A stretch of DNA of 39,904 nt from an uncultured Acidimicrobiales bacterium (lineage in GTDB: Bacteria > Actinomycetota > Acidimicrobiia > Acidimicrobiales > SHLQ01). The stretch's first letter is position 1, and every line of letters starts with the position of its first letter. A model generated the notes under the pieces. That model was given only the letters and a program-made list of their open reading frames with translations. It ran no database searches and was not told where the DNA came from. The stretch spans positions 14,957-54,860 of the forward strand of contig CAZTDG010000002.1 of assembly GCA_964612655.1 (NCBI GenBank), read 5' to 3'. A program made the translations under genes and the position numbers. Of this stretch, positions 17,986 through 27,023 are shown in pieces.

Positions 17986-19530
17986 ATGCACAGCGTGGCA
18001 ACCACTGAACATCAGAACCTGGCCGCCATCGATATCGGCACCTCCTCGGTACACCTGGCAATAGCTCGGCCGAGCCCTGGAGGTCGACCCGAGATCCTCG
18101 CTCAGCACAAAGTGCCGGTGCGGCTGGGCTCGGGCGCTAAGGACATGAAGCGTCTCGATCCAGATGCCGTTGACCGCACGATCGCGGCCCTCAAGGACTT
18201 CCGCGGGCTGGCCGACGCGCACGATGCAGACGTGCACGCGGTGGCGACCAGCGCTGTACGAGAAGCCGAAGACAATCGGTACTTCCTGGACCGCGCCCGC
18301 GACGAGGCCAACATTGATGTCGAGGTCATCGCCGGCGCCGAGGAGGCCCGCCTCATTCACCTAGGCGTTCTCGGTGCGCTCCCGATTGCGGATCGTCGTC
18401 ATCTCGTGATCGATATCGGTGGTGGTTCGACCGAGCTCATCGTCGGCGAGGGTCAGCAACCCGAAATTCTGCGGAGCTTGAAGCTGGGCCATGTTCGGCT
18501 GACGGACCGATTTTTCACCGATGGCGTCGACCAAGATCGGGTGCAGGCGTGCCGCACGTTTATTCGATCGTTTCTGGCTCGTGCTGCGGTGACCGTCCGG
18601 GAGGCTCACGTAGACGTGGTGGCCGGCGCGTCAGGCACCTTTGAAACCGTGGCAGCGTTGGCCGCGACATATGACGACAGCGAGTCCAAAACGGGTATGA
18701 CAACCCAACCGGTGGTGAGCGCCATCGTGTCCCATATCTCCGCAATGAAGATCACCGACCGACATGCACCGATCGAGGGCGTCGATGAGCATCGCCAAGA
18801 CACGATTCTGGCAGGGGCGCTTCTAGTGGAGGCACTTATGCATACCTTGGGATTCGAGCAGTTTGTCGTAAGTCCCGATGCGCTACGCGAGGGACTCGTG
18901 CTCGACCGTCTGAACCGGCGAGAGTCGAGCACCGACAGCCTCCGGCATCTCGATTCGATCAGAGGCCACAGCGTGGACGCGGTCGCGGAGCGCTACGGGG
19001 AGAACGTCGTTCATGCCCGCCAAGCCACCGACATTTCCCTGCGAATCTTCGATGCCACCGCCGAGATCCACGGTTTTGGTTCGCCGGAGCGTGACGTGCT
19101 CGAAGCCGGTGCGATGTTGCACAACATTGGACGCTTCGTCGGTCACGGCTCTCACCACAAGCACTCGTACTACTTGGTTCGCCACGCAGAACAGCTCGCC
19201 GGCTTCAACGAGCACGAACGCGAGCTGATCGCACAGGTGGCCCGCTATCACCGCAAGAGCGCACCCAAGCTTTCACATGGGCCCTATGCAGCGTTGGGCG
19301 AACGTGACCGCCAGGCGGTTTCGGTGCTGTCGGGGATGCTGCGAATCGGGATCGCTCTCGATCGCACCTACCGCAATGTCGCAGCCGACGTCGACGTGTT
19401 GTGCGCACCCGACGAGGTGACGATCACGGTCGTTGGTGACGACCTCGAACTCGAATTGTTCGCAGCAAACGAGCGCAAAGGCCTGCTCGAAGAAGCGCTA
19501 GGCAAACCAATCTCGATCAGCGACAGCTAA
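17986..19530 (+). CDS. ppx: Ppx/GppA-family phosphatase with C-terminal HD domain
   Basis: The start was trimmed to ATG 17986, because the upstream track ORF overlaps apt antisense. The product has AAIDIGTSSVHL and VIDIGGGSTE motifs (ASKHA fold). Its HD region reads LHNIGRFVGHGSHHKHSYYLV...ARYHRK. Confidence 0.88.
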   Translation: MHSVATTEHQNLAAIDIGTSSVHLAIARPSPGGRPEILAQHKVPVRLGSGAKDMKRLDPDAVDRTIAALKDFRGLADAHDADVHAVATSAVREAEDNRYFLDRARDEANIDVEVIAGAEEARLIHLGVLGALPIADRRHLVIDIGGGSTELIVGEGQQPEILRSLKLGHVRLTDRFFTDGVDQDRVQACRTFIRSFLARAAVTVREAHVDVVAGASGTFETVAALAATYDDSESKTGMTTQPVVSAIVSHISAMKITDRHAPIEGVDEHRQDTILAGALLVEALMHTLGFEQFVVSPDALREGLVLDRLNRRESSTDSLRHLDSIRGHSVDAVAERYGENVVHARQATDISLRIFDATAEIHGFGSPERDVLEAGAMLHNIGRFVGHGSHHKHSYYLVRHAEQLAGFNEHERELIAQVARYHRKSAPKLSHGPYAALGERDRQAVSVLSGMLRIGIALDRTYRNVAADVDVLCAPDEVTITVVGDDLELELFAANERKGLLEEALGKPISISDS

Positions 19531-19542
19531 CCGCGCTCGTCG

Positions 19543-20688
19543 CTACTTCTTCTTTTTCTTTGTCTTGCGAGGTCGCGGAGGAACTTGGGTGCCCGACGAT
19601 GTTCGCGCACTGCTGGTGTTCTTCGTCTTGGACTTGGTCGGCTTCGGTGGAGCTGACCCACCAGCACCTGCTCGAACGCGGGTGCGCTGTGGGGCTTCCC
19701 CGACCGTTGCGTCCGATGCGTTCACGCGGCGAGTGCCGTCTTCGTCCCCGGAGGACTTCTTGGCAACTCGGGTAGCGATCTGTTCGTACTCGGGCTCGCG
19801 TTCTTTCAGGAAAGTAACCACCGCAGAAGCGACGAACAAGGATGAATAGCCGCCCACGAGGAGCCCAACGAGCAGTGCCACCGAGAACTCTTGCAAGGTC
19901 GCCGCGCCGAGAATCAACGACCCGATGATCAGCATCGAGAGCACGGGGATAATCGACGTGATCGTCGTGTTGATCGAGCGGGCGAGAACCTGGTTGAGTG
20001 CGAGGTTCATCATCTCGGTGTAGGTGTAGCGCCCGGTCGCACCGACACGAGCCGTGATGTCTCGAACTTTGTCGTATACAACAATCGTGTCGTACAGCGA
20101 GTAGCCCATGATCGTCAAGAAGGCGATCACGGTGGCGGGCGTAACCTCGAAACGGAACACCGCATATACGCCGACGCTAATGATGATGTCGTGCGCTACC
20201 GCGACGAGTGCACCAACGGCCATCTTCCATTCGAGTCGTATCGAAATGTAGACGGCGATTGCGATGAAGAAGAAGAACAGCGCGTTGCGCGCCTTGTTCG
20301 TGATCTCATCGCCCCATGTGGGGCCCACCGATTCAAAGGCGGTGATCTCGCCGATCGCGGACAGGGACTGGCGGATCTCGTCGACCGCTGCGGTGTCTTG
20401 CACCGATGATCGGATTCGCAGGAACCGGTCGGTTCCCTCCATGACTTCTTGGATGCGAGCATCGGCGGCGACCTCTGCGGACAATACGGCCGCGGCGTCC
20501 TCTTCGGAAACGTCGGTGCGCAACTCGAACGATGTTCCGCCCTCGAAGTCAATACCGAGATCGAGGCCGCCGATCAGCAAAGCCGCAAGACTGATAGCGA
20601 CGAGAGCGCCCGAGACGATCAGTGCCCGCTTCCAAAGCGCTGGGAAGTCCCAGTGCCGAAGCCCGTCGTTTTCTGGAGCGAGTTTCAC
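19543..20688 (-). CDS. secF: protein translocase subunit SecF with basic Lys-rich C-terminal tail
   Basis: The GTG at 20688 overlaps the secD TGA (GTGA). The product has GIDFEGGTS and a SecF TM core, and the tail reads ...PPRPRKTKKKKK. Confidence 0.92.
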   Translation of the reverse strand: MKLAPENDGLRHWDFPALWKRALIVSGALVAISLAALLIGGLDLGIDFEGGTSFELRTDVSEEDAAAVLSAEVAADARIQEVMEGTDRFLRIRSSVQDTAAVDEIRQSLSAIGEITAFESVGPTWGDEITNKARNALFFFFIAIAVYISIRLEWKMAVGALVAVAHDIIISVGVYAVFRFEVTPATVIAFLTIMGYSLYDTIVVYDKVRDITARVGATGRYTYTEMMNLALNQVLARSINTTITSIIPVLSMLIIGSLILGAATLQEFSVALLVGLLVGGYSSLFVASAVVTFLKEREPEYEQIATRVAKKSSGDEDGTRRVNASDATVGEAPQRTRVRAGAGGSAPPKPTKSKTKNTSSARTSSGTQVPPRPRKTKKKKK

Positions 20689-22133
20689 GATGAACCCTCC
20701 TCGGTGCCCACCCGGTCCTGGGTGAGGCCAGGTATTCCCATTAACGCCGAGGATCCAGCGATCTTGGGTGTGCGTGCGATCCATTCAACCGCCGGACCCA
20801 TGAAGAAATAGGTTGCGACCAAGTCGAGGATCGTTGCGATGCCGAGGTACAAGGCGAAACCTCGTACCGCGCCCACGGTGAGGGCGTACAGCAATACTGC
20901 ACCGATCAGCGAGGCCATGTCGGCCTTGACGATCGTGGAGAACGCCACAGGGAAGGCCTTGTTCACCGACGTGCGGACGGTACGACCGTTGCGCACGTCC
21001 TCTTTGAGGTGCTCGAAATAGACGATGTTGGAGTCAACGGATACACCAATGGACACGATGATTCCGGTGATGCCCGCGAGTGTGAGCGCGAGCCCTTGGT
21101 TGGCCCCAAGGAACGAGATGATCGACCACAGCAGGGCCGCTGAGATGAGCAGCGACAGCATGGCTACGACACCGAGCGCTCGGTAGTAGCCAATGATGAA
21201 GATCGCAACGAGCACGAGGCCGACCAGACCGGCAATGACGCCAGCGTTTAGCGCGTCTTGGCCGATCGTGGCCGACACGATCTGTTGGTTCTCTGGTTCG
21301 AGCTGAATCGGCAAGGCACCGAAACGCAGAGAGAGACCGAGCTGACGTGCCGAAGCTTCGTCGAAGCTGCCGGAGATCTGGAAGGAGTCACCGAGGTCAG
21401 CGGCCTGCACGCCGGGCGCACTGATTACGGCGTTGTCGAGATCGACGGCGATGCGACCGGGGCCTCCGGCTGTGGCCGGGCACTCCGGTAGCCCAAGGAA
21501 GCAGCTCTGCGTCAGGGCCCGGAATGCTTCGTCGCCGATGGGGCCGTTGACGAGTTCCACGTCGACGAGCCATTGCACGCCGTTGAACACTCCTGCTGCA
21601 TCTGCGAGACCCTCACCGGTCATGCCGGTAGGCCCGAGCACGTAGCGCGCTGGGATACCGAGGTCGGGGTCTGCGGGAACGATAACAATCGAGTCCTCTT
21701 CGATCTCATCGACGGGCGTGAAGCCGAACTCGTCGAGAGGTAGATCCGCTGGGTAGGACGCCGGACGATCGGTGCTCCCGAACGGCAGCTCTTGGATTAC
21801 CGGACGGAACCGCATCACAGCGGTCGAACCAATGAGTTCGAGTGCCCGCTGCTGGTCATCGACGCCCGGAAGCGATACGAGGATGCCATCACCCTCGGCT
21901 TGGATCTCGGGTTCGGCGACGCCGAGACCATCGACACGGTTACGGATGATCTCTACGGCTTGATTGATTTGTTCGGGATCTTCGACCGGTTCGGTCGCTC
22001 GATAGCGAACCGACACACCGCCCTGGAGATCCAGGCCGAGAAGGGGCTCGTTACCGGCGACGAAGGTTCCGATGAGGGCGGCGATCGATACGACGGTGAT
22101 GCCGATCAGATAGCCGAGTTGGCGACGGGGCAT
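20685..22133 (-). CDS. secD: protein translocase subunit SecD
   Basis: The product contains LGLDLQGGVSV..., a periplasmic P1 domain, and a C-terminal 6-TM core. I prefer the ATG at 22133 (MPRRQLGYLIG), 8 nt after the yajC stop. The 22193 start would overlap yajC by 53 nt. Confidence 0.9.
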   Translation of the reverse strand: MPRRQLGYLIGITVVSIAALIGTFVAGNEPLLGLDLQGGVSVRYRATEPVEDPEQINQAVEIIRNRVDGLGVAEPEIQAEGDGILVSLPGVDDQQRALELIGSTAVMRFRPVIQELPFGSTDRPASYPADLPLDEFGFTPVDEIEEDSIVIVPADPDLGIPARYVLGPTGMTGEGLADAAGVFNGVQWLVDVELVNGPIGDEAFRALTQSCFLGLPECPATAGGPGRIAVDLDNAVISAPGVQAADLGDSFQISGSFDEASARQLGLSLRFGALPIQLEPENQQIVSATIGQDALNAGVIAGLVGLVLVAIFIIGYYRALGVVAMLSLLISAALLWSIISFLGANQGLALTLAGITGIIVSIGVSVDSNIVYFEHLKEDVRNGRTVRTSVNKAFPVAFSTIVKADMASLIGAVLLYALTVGAVRGFALYLGIATILDLVATYFFMGPAVEWIARTPKIAGSSALMGIPGLTQDRVGTEEGSS

Positions 22134-22140
22134 GTGGTAC

Positions 22141-22437
22141 TTAGGCCTCGACTTCCGAAGCGTCGTCTTGCGCTGGGTCGGTTGGGAACTCACTCACGAT
22201 GTCTTGAATGTGCGACCTGCTGATCAGAATTTCGATCCCCTCAGCCAATTCGAGATACGCCGCCTCGTCCAATACTTCAGTGAGGGTGCCGTAGATGCCC
22301 GACGACAAGAGGACCCGGTCGCCTTCAGCGGCGCGGCCGACCGTTGCCCGATGAGCCTTCAGCTTCTGCTGCTGAGGCCTGATGAGTAAGAAGTAGAACC
22401 CGACGAACAACAGCACCGGGAGAATGAGGTTTGCCAT
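22141..22437 (-). CDS. yajC: preprotein translocase subunit YajC
   Basis: The product, trimmed to ATG 22437, is MANLILPVLLFVGFYFLLIRPQQQKLKAHR...GDRVLLSSGIYGTLTEV. Confidence 0.9.
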   Translation of the reverse strand: MANLILPVLLFVGFYFLLIRPQQQKLKAHRATVGRAAEGDRVLLSSGIYGTLTEVLDEAAYLELAEGIEILISRSHIQDIVSEFPTDPAQDDASEVEA

Positions 22438-22510
22438 GTGACCGGCCCTTCCACAGATGTCTAGCGCACAAAGGCTATCGCTGTAGGACGCCAAACTCTT
22501 GCCAGGCGCC

Positions 22511-23611
22511 CTATCCCCACTTCGCGTGCGTGTCGCTAACGAAGGCATCGAAGCGTTCTTCTTCGATAGCGGTGCGCATATCGTCAACGAATCTCAGGAG
22601 CCACCACAGGTTGTGCAATGTCAGGATTCGAGCTGCCGTCGGTTCCTTAACTTGCAACAAGTGACGCAAATAACCCTTCGACCAGCGCGCTGCAGGGCCC
22701 GTCGGCTGAATGGGTTCGTCGGATTTCGCGAACTCCGCTCGTGTCAGATTCACTCGGCCGTCGTCGGTGAGGAGGGTCCCGTGACGGGCGAGGCGCGTTG
22801 GAAGAACGCAATCGAACATGTCGATGCCTCTGGCCACCGCATCGACGATGCCCGCTGGATCTCCGAGGCCCATGAAGTATCGAGGCTGGCCCTCGGGAAG
22901 GTTGTCAGTAGCGGCGACTAGCGGTTGGTGCCATTCGCTGCGGTGCTCGCCAACCGAGAGGCCGCCTACGGCGTAGCCATCGAAGTCCATGTCGACCAGA
23001 CGCTGAGCGCTCTCGGCACGCATGTCCAAGTCCAACCCACCCTGCACGATCGCGAACTGGCTCTGCGTCGCTTGGGCGTCGGGGTGTTCGAGGAAGCTCC
23101 CCCGGGCGCGTTCAGCCCACAGCAACGTGCGATCGAGTGCCTCACGGATCACGTGGTCCGGGCTCGGGAGCGCACTACATACATCGAGCACCATCTGGAT
23201 ATCGGCGCCGATGGCGATCTGAGACTCCACCGCGCTCTCGGGGGTCATCTTGTGTTTTCCGCCGTCGTAGACCGATTTGAATGTCGCCCCTTCGTCGTCG
23301 ATCTTGGGTTCGAGCGAGAAGACTTGGTAGCCGCCAGAGTCCGTGAGGGTGTGCCCGTGCCAATCGGCCATGGCGTGGAGGCCACCCAGCGCCTCCACGA
23401 TGTCAGCACCTGGCCGCAACATCAGGTGGTAGTTGTTGGCGAGGATCACTTGCGCGCCAAGTTCCTCCATATCGAGCGAGGACAGGTGCTTGATCGCACC
23501 TCGGGTGCCGACCGGCATGAAGCACGGCGTGGTGAAGGTGCCTCGGGCGGTAGTGACAAAACCGGCACGGGCCTGACCATCTCGATGTTCGAGGGTAAAC
23601 GAGGTACGCAT
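22511..23611 (-). CDS. tgt: queuine tRNA-ribosyltransferase (tRNA-guanine transglycosylase)
   Basis: The product contains TPCFMPVGTRG, TDSGGYQVFSL, QFAIVQGG, DGYAVGGLSVGE and FDCVLPTRLARHG. The ATG at 23611 lies 4 nt after the queA stop. Confidence 0.94.
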   Translation of the reverse strand: MRTSFTLEHRDGQARAGFVTTARGTFTTPCFMPVGTRGAIKHLSSLDMEELGAQVILANNYHLMLRPGADIVEALGGLHAMADWHGHTLTDSGGYQVFSLEPKIDDEGATFKSVYDGGKHKMTPESAVESQIAIGADIQMVLDVCSALPSPDHVIREALDRTLLWAERARGSFLEHPDAQATQSQFAIVQGGLDLDMRAESAQRLVDMDFDGYAVGGLSVGEHRSEWHQPLVAATDNLPEGQPRYFMGLGDPAGIVDAVARGIDMFDCVLPTRLARHGTLLTDDGRVNLTRAEFAKSDEPIQPTGPAARWSKGYLRHLLQVKEPTAARILTLHNLWWLLRFVDDMRTAIEEERFDAFVSDTHAKWG

Positions 23612-23615
23612 GTGT

Positions 23616-24659
23616 CTATACCGCCCGGCGGTCGAGGAGCATGGCGTCACCGAAGGACAAGAATCGGTAGTCCGACGCCAAGGCCACATCGTAGAGTTCT
23701 CGCCACCGCGACCCGACGAAGGCGTCGATCATCACCAACAAGGTGCTCTTGGGCATATGGAAATTCGTCAGCAGTTTGTCGACGGTCAGGAACTCGAAGG
23801 GATCGCGAATGAATAGCTCGGTCGCCCCTTCGGGGCCTGATCGAGCCGCTGATTCGAGGGCACGGACCGTCGTTGTACCAACGGCCACGACCGCTCCCCC
23901 GTCGGCCTTGGTGCGGGAGATCTGTTCCGAGGTCTCGGCGGGCACTCGATAGCGTTCGGAGTGCATGTGATGATCGTCGAGATCGTGCGCGGTGACGGGT
24001 CGAAACGTGTCGAGGCCCACGATCAGTTCCACGCGAGCGGTGTCGATTCCTCGGTCGGCCAAATCCGCGAAGACGGCCTCCGTTAGATGCAGACCCGCCG
24101 TCGGCGCCGCAGCGCTACCCGGGCGTTCGGCGTACACGGTCTGATAGCGGTCGGGTTCATCGAGCTGTTCGGTTATGTAGGGCGGCAATGGCATGCGACC
24201 CACCCGGTCCAGAGCGGCTTCCAAGTCGCTCGACTCCAAGACCAATCGGCGACGCCCCTCACCGAGGTCCTCTCCGACCGTGACATGGAGATCGCTCTCC
24301 TCTGCGATGGTCAGCTCAGTACCTGGCGCTACCTTCTTGCTCGGCCGGACTAAGGCCGTCCATTCGGAGTGTTGGGACCGCAACGCCAGTGGTGCCGGAC
24401 CATCTGGTTCGAGTAGCAATAGTTCGGTTCGCCCGCCGGTAGGACGGGTCGCAAAGATTCGGGCAGCGAGGACCTTGGTGTCGTTAACCACCAGCAGATC
24501 GCCGGGTTCCAAGATGGCTGGCAGATCGGCCACATGGCGATGCTCGCACGGCTGCGAACCTCGATCGATGAGGAGCTTTGAGCCGGCCCGCTCGGCGAGC
24601 GGTATCTGTGCGATGCGATGATTCGGCAGCTCGTAATCGAACTCCTCGATGTTTGTCAC
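23616..24659 (-). CDS. queA: S-adenosylmethionine:tRNA ribosyltransferase-isomerase
   Basis: The product contains FDYELPNHRIAQIPL..R..SKLL, PLPPYI, YQTVYA..PGSAAAPTAGLH, VGTTTVRALES and FHMPKSTLLVMI. The start was set to the GTG at 24659. The longer track N-terminus has no QueA similarity and would swallow the divergent promoter region. Confidence 0.88.
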   Translation of the reverse strand: MTNIEEFDYELPNHRIAQIPLAERAGSKLLIDRGSQPCEHRHVADLPAILEPGDLLVVNDTKVLAARIFATRPTGGRTELLLLEPDGPAPLALRSQHSEWTALVRPSKKVAPGTELTIAEESDLHVTVGEDLGEGRRRLVLESSDLEAALDRVGRMPLPPYITEQLDEPDRYQTVYAERPGSAAAPTAGLHLTEAVFADLADRGIDTARVELIVGLDTFRPVTAHDLDDHHMHSERYRVPAETSEQISRTKADGGAVVAVGTTTVRALESAARSGPEGATELFIRDPFEFLTVDKLLTNFHMPKSTLLVMIDAFVGSRWRELYDVALASDYRFLSFGDAMLLDRRAV

Positions 24660-24737
24660 GCCATCGAGGCTAGCGCTGGTGACAATAGACCTCCGAGGCT
24701 CATGCCCTTTGCCCTCATTCTCGGCAAGACTGTCGCA

Positions 24738-25331
24738 ATGAGATCGATTTGGGGAACGGCGTTTGGGCTGTTCCTTCGGCGGACAACAGCAGTCGCGATG
24801 GCATGCTCCGTGGTAGTCGTCGCGCTTGCTGTGGTGCCAGCGAGCGGCCAAACGCCCGCACCAATCGAGTGCGATGGCATCCCCGCGACAGTGCAGGAGT
24901 TCGAAGGTGAAGTTGTCGACCGCACCGTTCTGGTAGACGAATTCAGCACCAACATTCACCTGTTCACCGTGGCCGATGAGGCCGCCACGACCCAGATCGA
25001 AGTCGATGGCAAGCCCGAGTTGATTGAGATCGGGACCCGTTACCGGTTTGTCACCATCGGCATCTTCACCACGATCGAAGCCACTACCGCCTCACGGCTC
25101 TCAAGCGCATTCGGCGACAATCTGGCGTGCCTTACCGAAGAGGACCCCGACGATCCCGACGCTCCACCGATTCCGGTGCGCAACGGGATATCCACCATCG
25201 ATGCCGATGGCGAACCGACCCCACTCGAACAACCACCGTTCTTGCCCACGCCGCCGATCTCCGCTCGAACGTTCTTCATCGGCTTTGCCGTCTTTGCCGT
25301 GATCGTGTTCCTGATGAAGTTCGTCCGCTGA
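24738..25331 (+). CDS. hypothetical exported protein with N-terminal signal-like region and C-terminal TM anchor
   Basis: The N-terminus reads MRSIWGTAFGLFLRRTTAVAMACSVVVVALAVVPASGQ. The C-terminus has an acidic/Pro-rich linker, then ARTFFIGFAVFAVIVFLMKFVR. ATG 24702 is an alternative start. No family recognised. Confidence 0.5.
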   Translation: MRSIWGTAFGLFLRRTTAVAMACSVVVVALAVVPASGQTPAPIECDGIPATVQEFEGEVVDRTVLVDEFSTNIHLFTVADEAATTQIEVDGKPELIEIGTRYRFVTIGIFTTIEATTASRLSSAFGDNLACLTEEDPDDPDAPPIPVRNGISTIDADGEPTPLEQPPFLPTPPISARTFFIGFAVFAVIVFLMKFVR

Positions 25332-25368
25332 CCCGTCGACGCGTCTAACCCACAAGCCTCGCGCCCGG

Positions 25369-26418
25369 TTATTCGAACAGCCCCGGCGGCGTTTGTGAGT
25401 CGGGGGTACTCGTTGGCACCGACAGTCCGAGGTGTTCCCAGGCTGCCCGTGTCGCCATGCGGCCCTTCGGGGTTCGGATGAGCAAGCCTTGCTGAATGAG
25501 GTACGGCTCGTAGACGTCTTCGACGGTCTCGGTAGGTTCGCTCACGCTGATCGCCAACGTTTTGAGCCCGACAGGCCCTCCACCGAACATGTCGCAAAGC
25601 GCCAATAGCAACGCCCGAGTCGCCTTATCGAGCCCTCGCTCATCGACGCCAAAGAACTCCAGTCCCTCGACGGCGACCGAACCGTTGATCTTGCCCTCGC
25701 GTTCCACCTCGGCGAAGTCTCGGACCTGGCGCAGAAGTCGGTTTGCGATACGGGGCGTCCCTCGCGCACGAAGCGAAACCTCCGCAGCGCCGTCTTCGTC
25801 GATCGCGACATCGAGAATGCCAGCAGCGCGCTGAACGATCGCTTGAAGCTCTTCTGGTTCGTAGTAGTCGAGTCGAGCCGGGTAATCGAAGCGGTCCCGC
25901 AGCGGGCCCGTGATAAGCCCAGTACGAGTGGTCGCACCAACGAGGGTGAATCGAGACACCGGCAACCGCATCGTGCGGGCGGCCGGACCCTTGCCGAGGA
26001 CCAGGTCGAGTTGAAAGTCCTCCATTGCGGGATAGAGCACTTCTTCGACGGGGCGAGCCAGGCGATGGATCTCGTCGATAAACAAGACGTCGCCGTCTTC
26101 GAGTTTCGTGAGGATCGCCGCGAGGTCGCCACCTTTTTCGAGCGCTGGACCCGACGTGATGTGGATCTCCGCGTCCATCTCGTTCGCGATGATGCCCGCC
26201 AGCGTGGTCTTGCCCAGTCCGGGAGGGCCGGCGAACAACAGGTGCCCCATCGCCTGGTTGCGGGCCTTTGCCGCTTGCATCATGACTCGGAGATGACCCT
26301 TGAGCTGTTCCTGGCCTACGAAGTCGTCGAGGCTCTGGGGGCGCAGGCCGAGCTCATCGCGGTCCTCGACCGCTCGTTCCTCGGAGTCGCCGCTCGGCGA
26401 GAGTAGTTCTTCGCGCAC
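25369..26418 (-). CDS. ruvB: Holliday junction branch migration helicase RuvB
   Basis: The product contains LRPQSLDDFVGQ, GPPGLGKTTLA and FIDEIHRL. The GTG start at 26418 shares 1 nt with the ruvA stop. Confidence 0.96.
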   Translation of the reverse strand: MREELLSPSGDSEERAVEDRDELGLRPQSLDDFVGQEQLKGHLRVMMQAAKARNQAMGHLLFAGPPGLGKTTLAGIIANEMDAEIHITSGPALEKGGDLAAILTKLEDGDVLFIDEIHRLARPVEEVLYPAMEDFQLDLVLGKGPAARTMRLPVSRFTLVGATTRTGLITGPLRDRFDYPARLDYYEPEELQAIVQRAAGILDVAIDEDGAAEVSLRARGTPRIANRLLRQVRDFAEVEREGKINGSVAVEGLEFFGVDERGLDKATRALLLALCDMFGGGPVGLKTLAISVSEPTETVEDVYEPYLIQQGLLIRTPKGRMATRAAWEHLGLSVPTSTPDSQTPPGLFE

Positions 26419-27023
26419 TACACGCCCTCGGCGATTAGGCGCAGGGCATCTCGGGTGAGCACCGCCGGGTCGCCCTCGGAGTCGATTCGCGACAGCACGT
26501 GGCGAACCTCGTCACCGGAATAGCCGAGGGCCTCTAGGGCCTGGCGAACCTCGAGATGAGCGCTTGGCTCTACTGCGGGCAGGTCTCGCTCGATCGAGGC
26601 CAGGTCGAGATCGGGGAGGTCGAGCTTGGGTTTGAGCTCAACGAGCATTCGGGTGGCCGTCTTCTTGCCGATTCCGGGGATAGCGCAGAGCGCGTCGACA
26701 TCTTCGGTGGCCAGGACGGTCTTTAGTTCCGCTGGCCCGTAGACCGAGAGGATCGAGATTCCGAGTGCAGGTCCGACGCCGTGTGCCGAGATGACCGCTT
26801 CGAACACCCGCCGTTCGTCAATGCTCGTGAACCCGTACAAGATTTGGGCGTCTTCACGTTGTTGGTGATGCACGTGCACCATGACCTCGCTACCGACGGC
26901 TCCCGCCCGCGCTGAGACTGCTGGAGTCGTGATCACGCGGTAGCCAACACCGGCTACCTCGATGAGCAGCTCGGATCCATCGGGGCTGCGATCGAGCAGT
27001 TGACCGCGCAGCGATCCAATCAC
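26418..27023 (-). CDS. ruvA: Holliday junction DNA-binding protein RuvA
   Basis: The product starts VIGSLRGQLLDR...VAGVGYRV and has HhH motifs (IPGIGKKTATRM). The GTG at 27023 overlaps the ruvC TGA (GTGA). Confidence 0.93.
   Translation of the reverse strand: MIGSLRGQLLDRSPDGSELLIEVAGVGYRVITTPAVSARAGAVGSEVMVHVHHQQREDAQILYGFTSIDERRVFEAVISAHGVGPALGISILSVYGPAELKTVLATEDVDALCAIPGIGKKTATRMLVELKPKLDLPDLDLASIERDLPAVEPSAHLEVRQALEALGYSGDEVRHVLSRIDSEGDPAVLTRDALRLIAEGV

Noticed and set aside
17431-18360. A 309-aa minus-strand ORF spans apt (in another frame) and the 5' part of ppx (antisense).
   Set aside because: Its sequence is Arg/Cys/Pro-rich and of low plausibility. It overlaps two well-supported genes, which is typical of a GC-driven spurious ORF.
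22438-22510. A preQ1 riboswitch or other structured RNA could lie near tgt/queA.
   Set aside because: The gap is 73 nt and lies downstream of tgt, not upstream of a preQ1 biosynthesis or transport gene. No conserved hairpin plus A-rich tail was seen.
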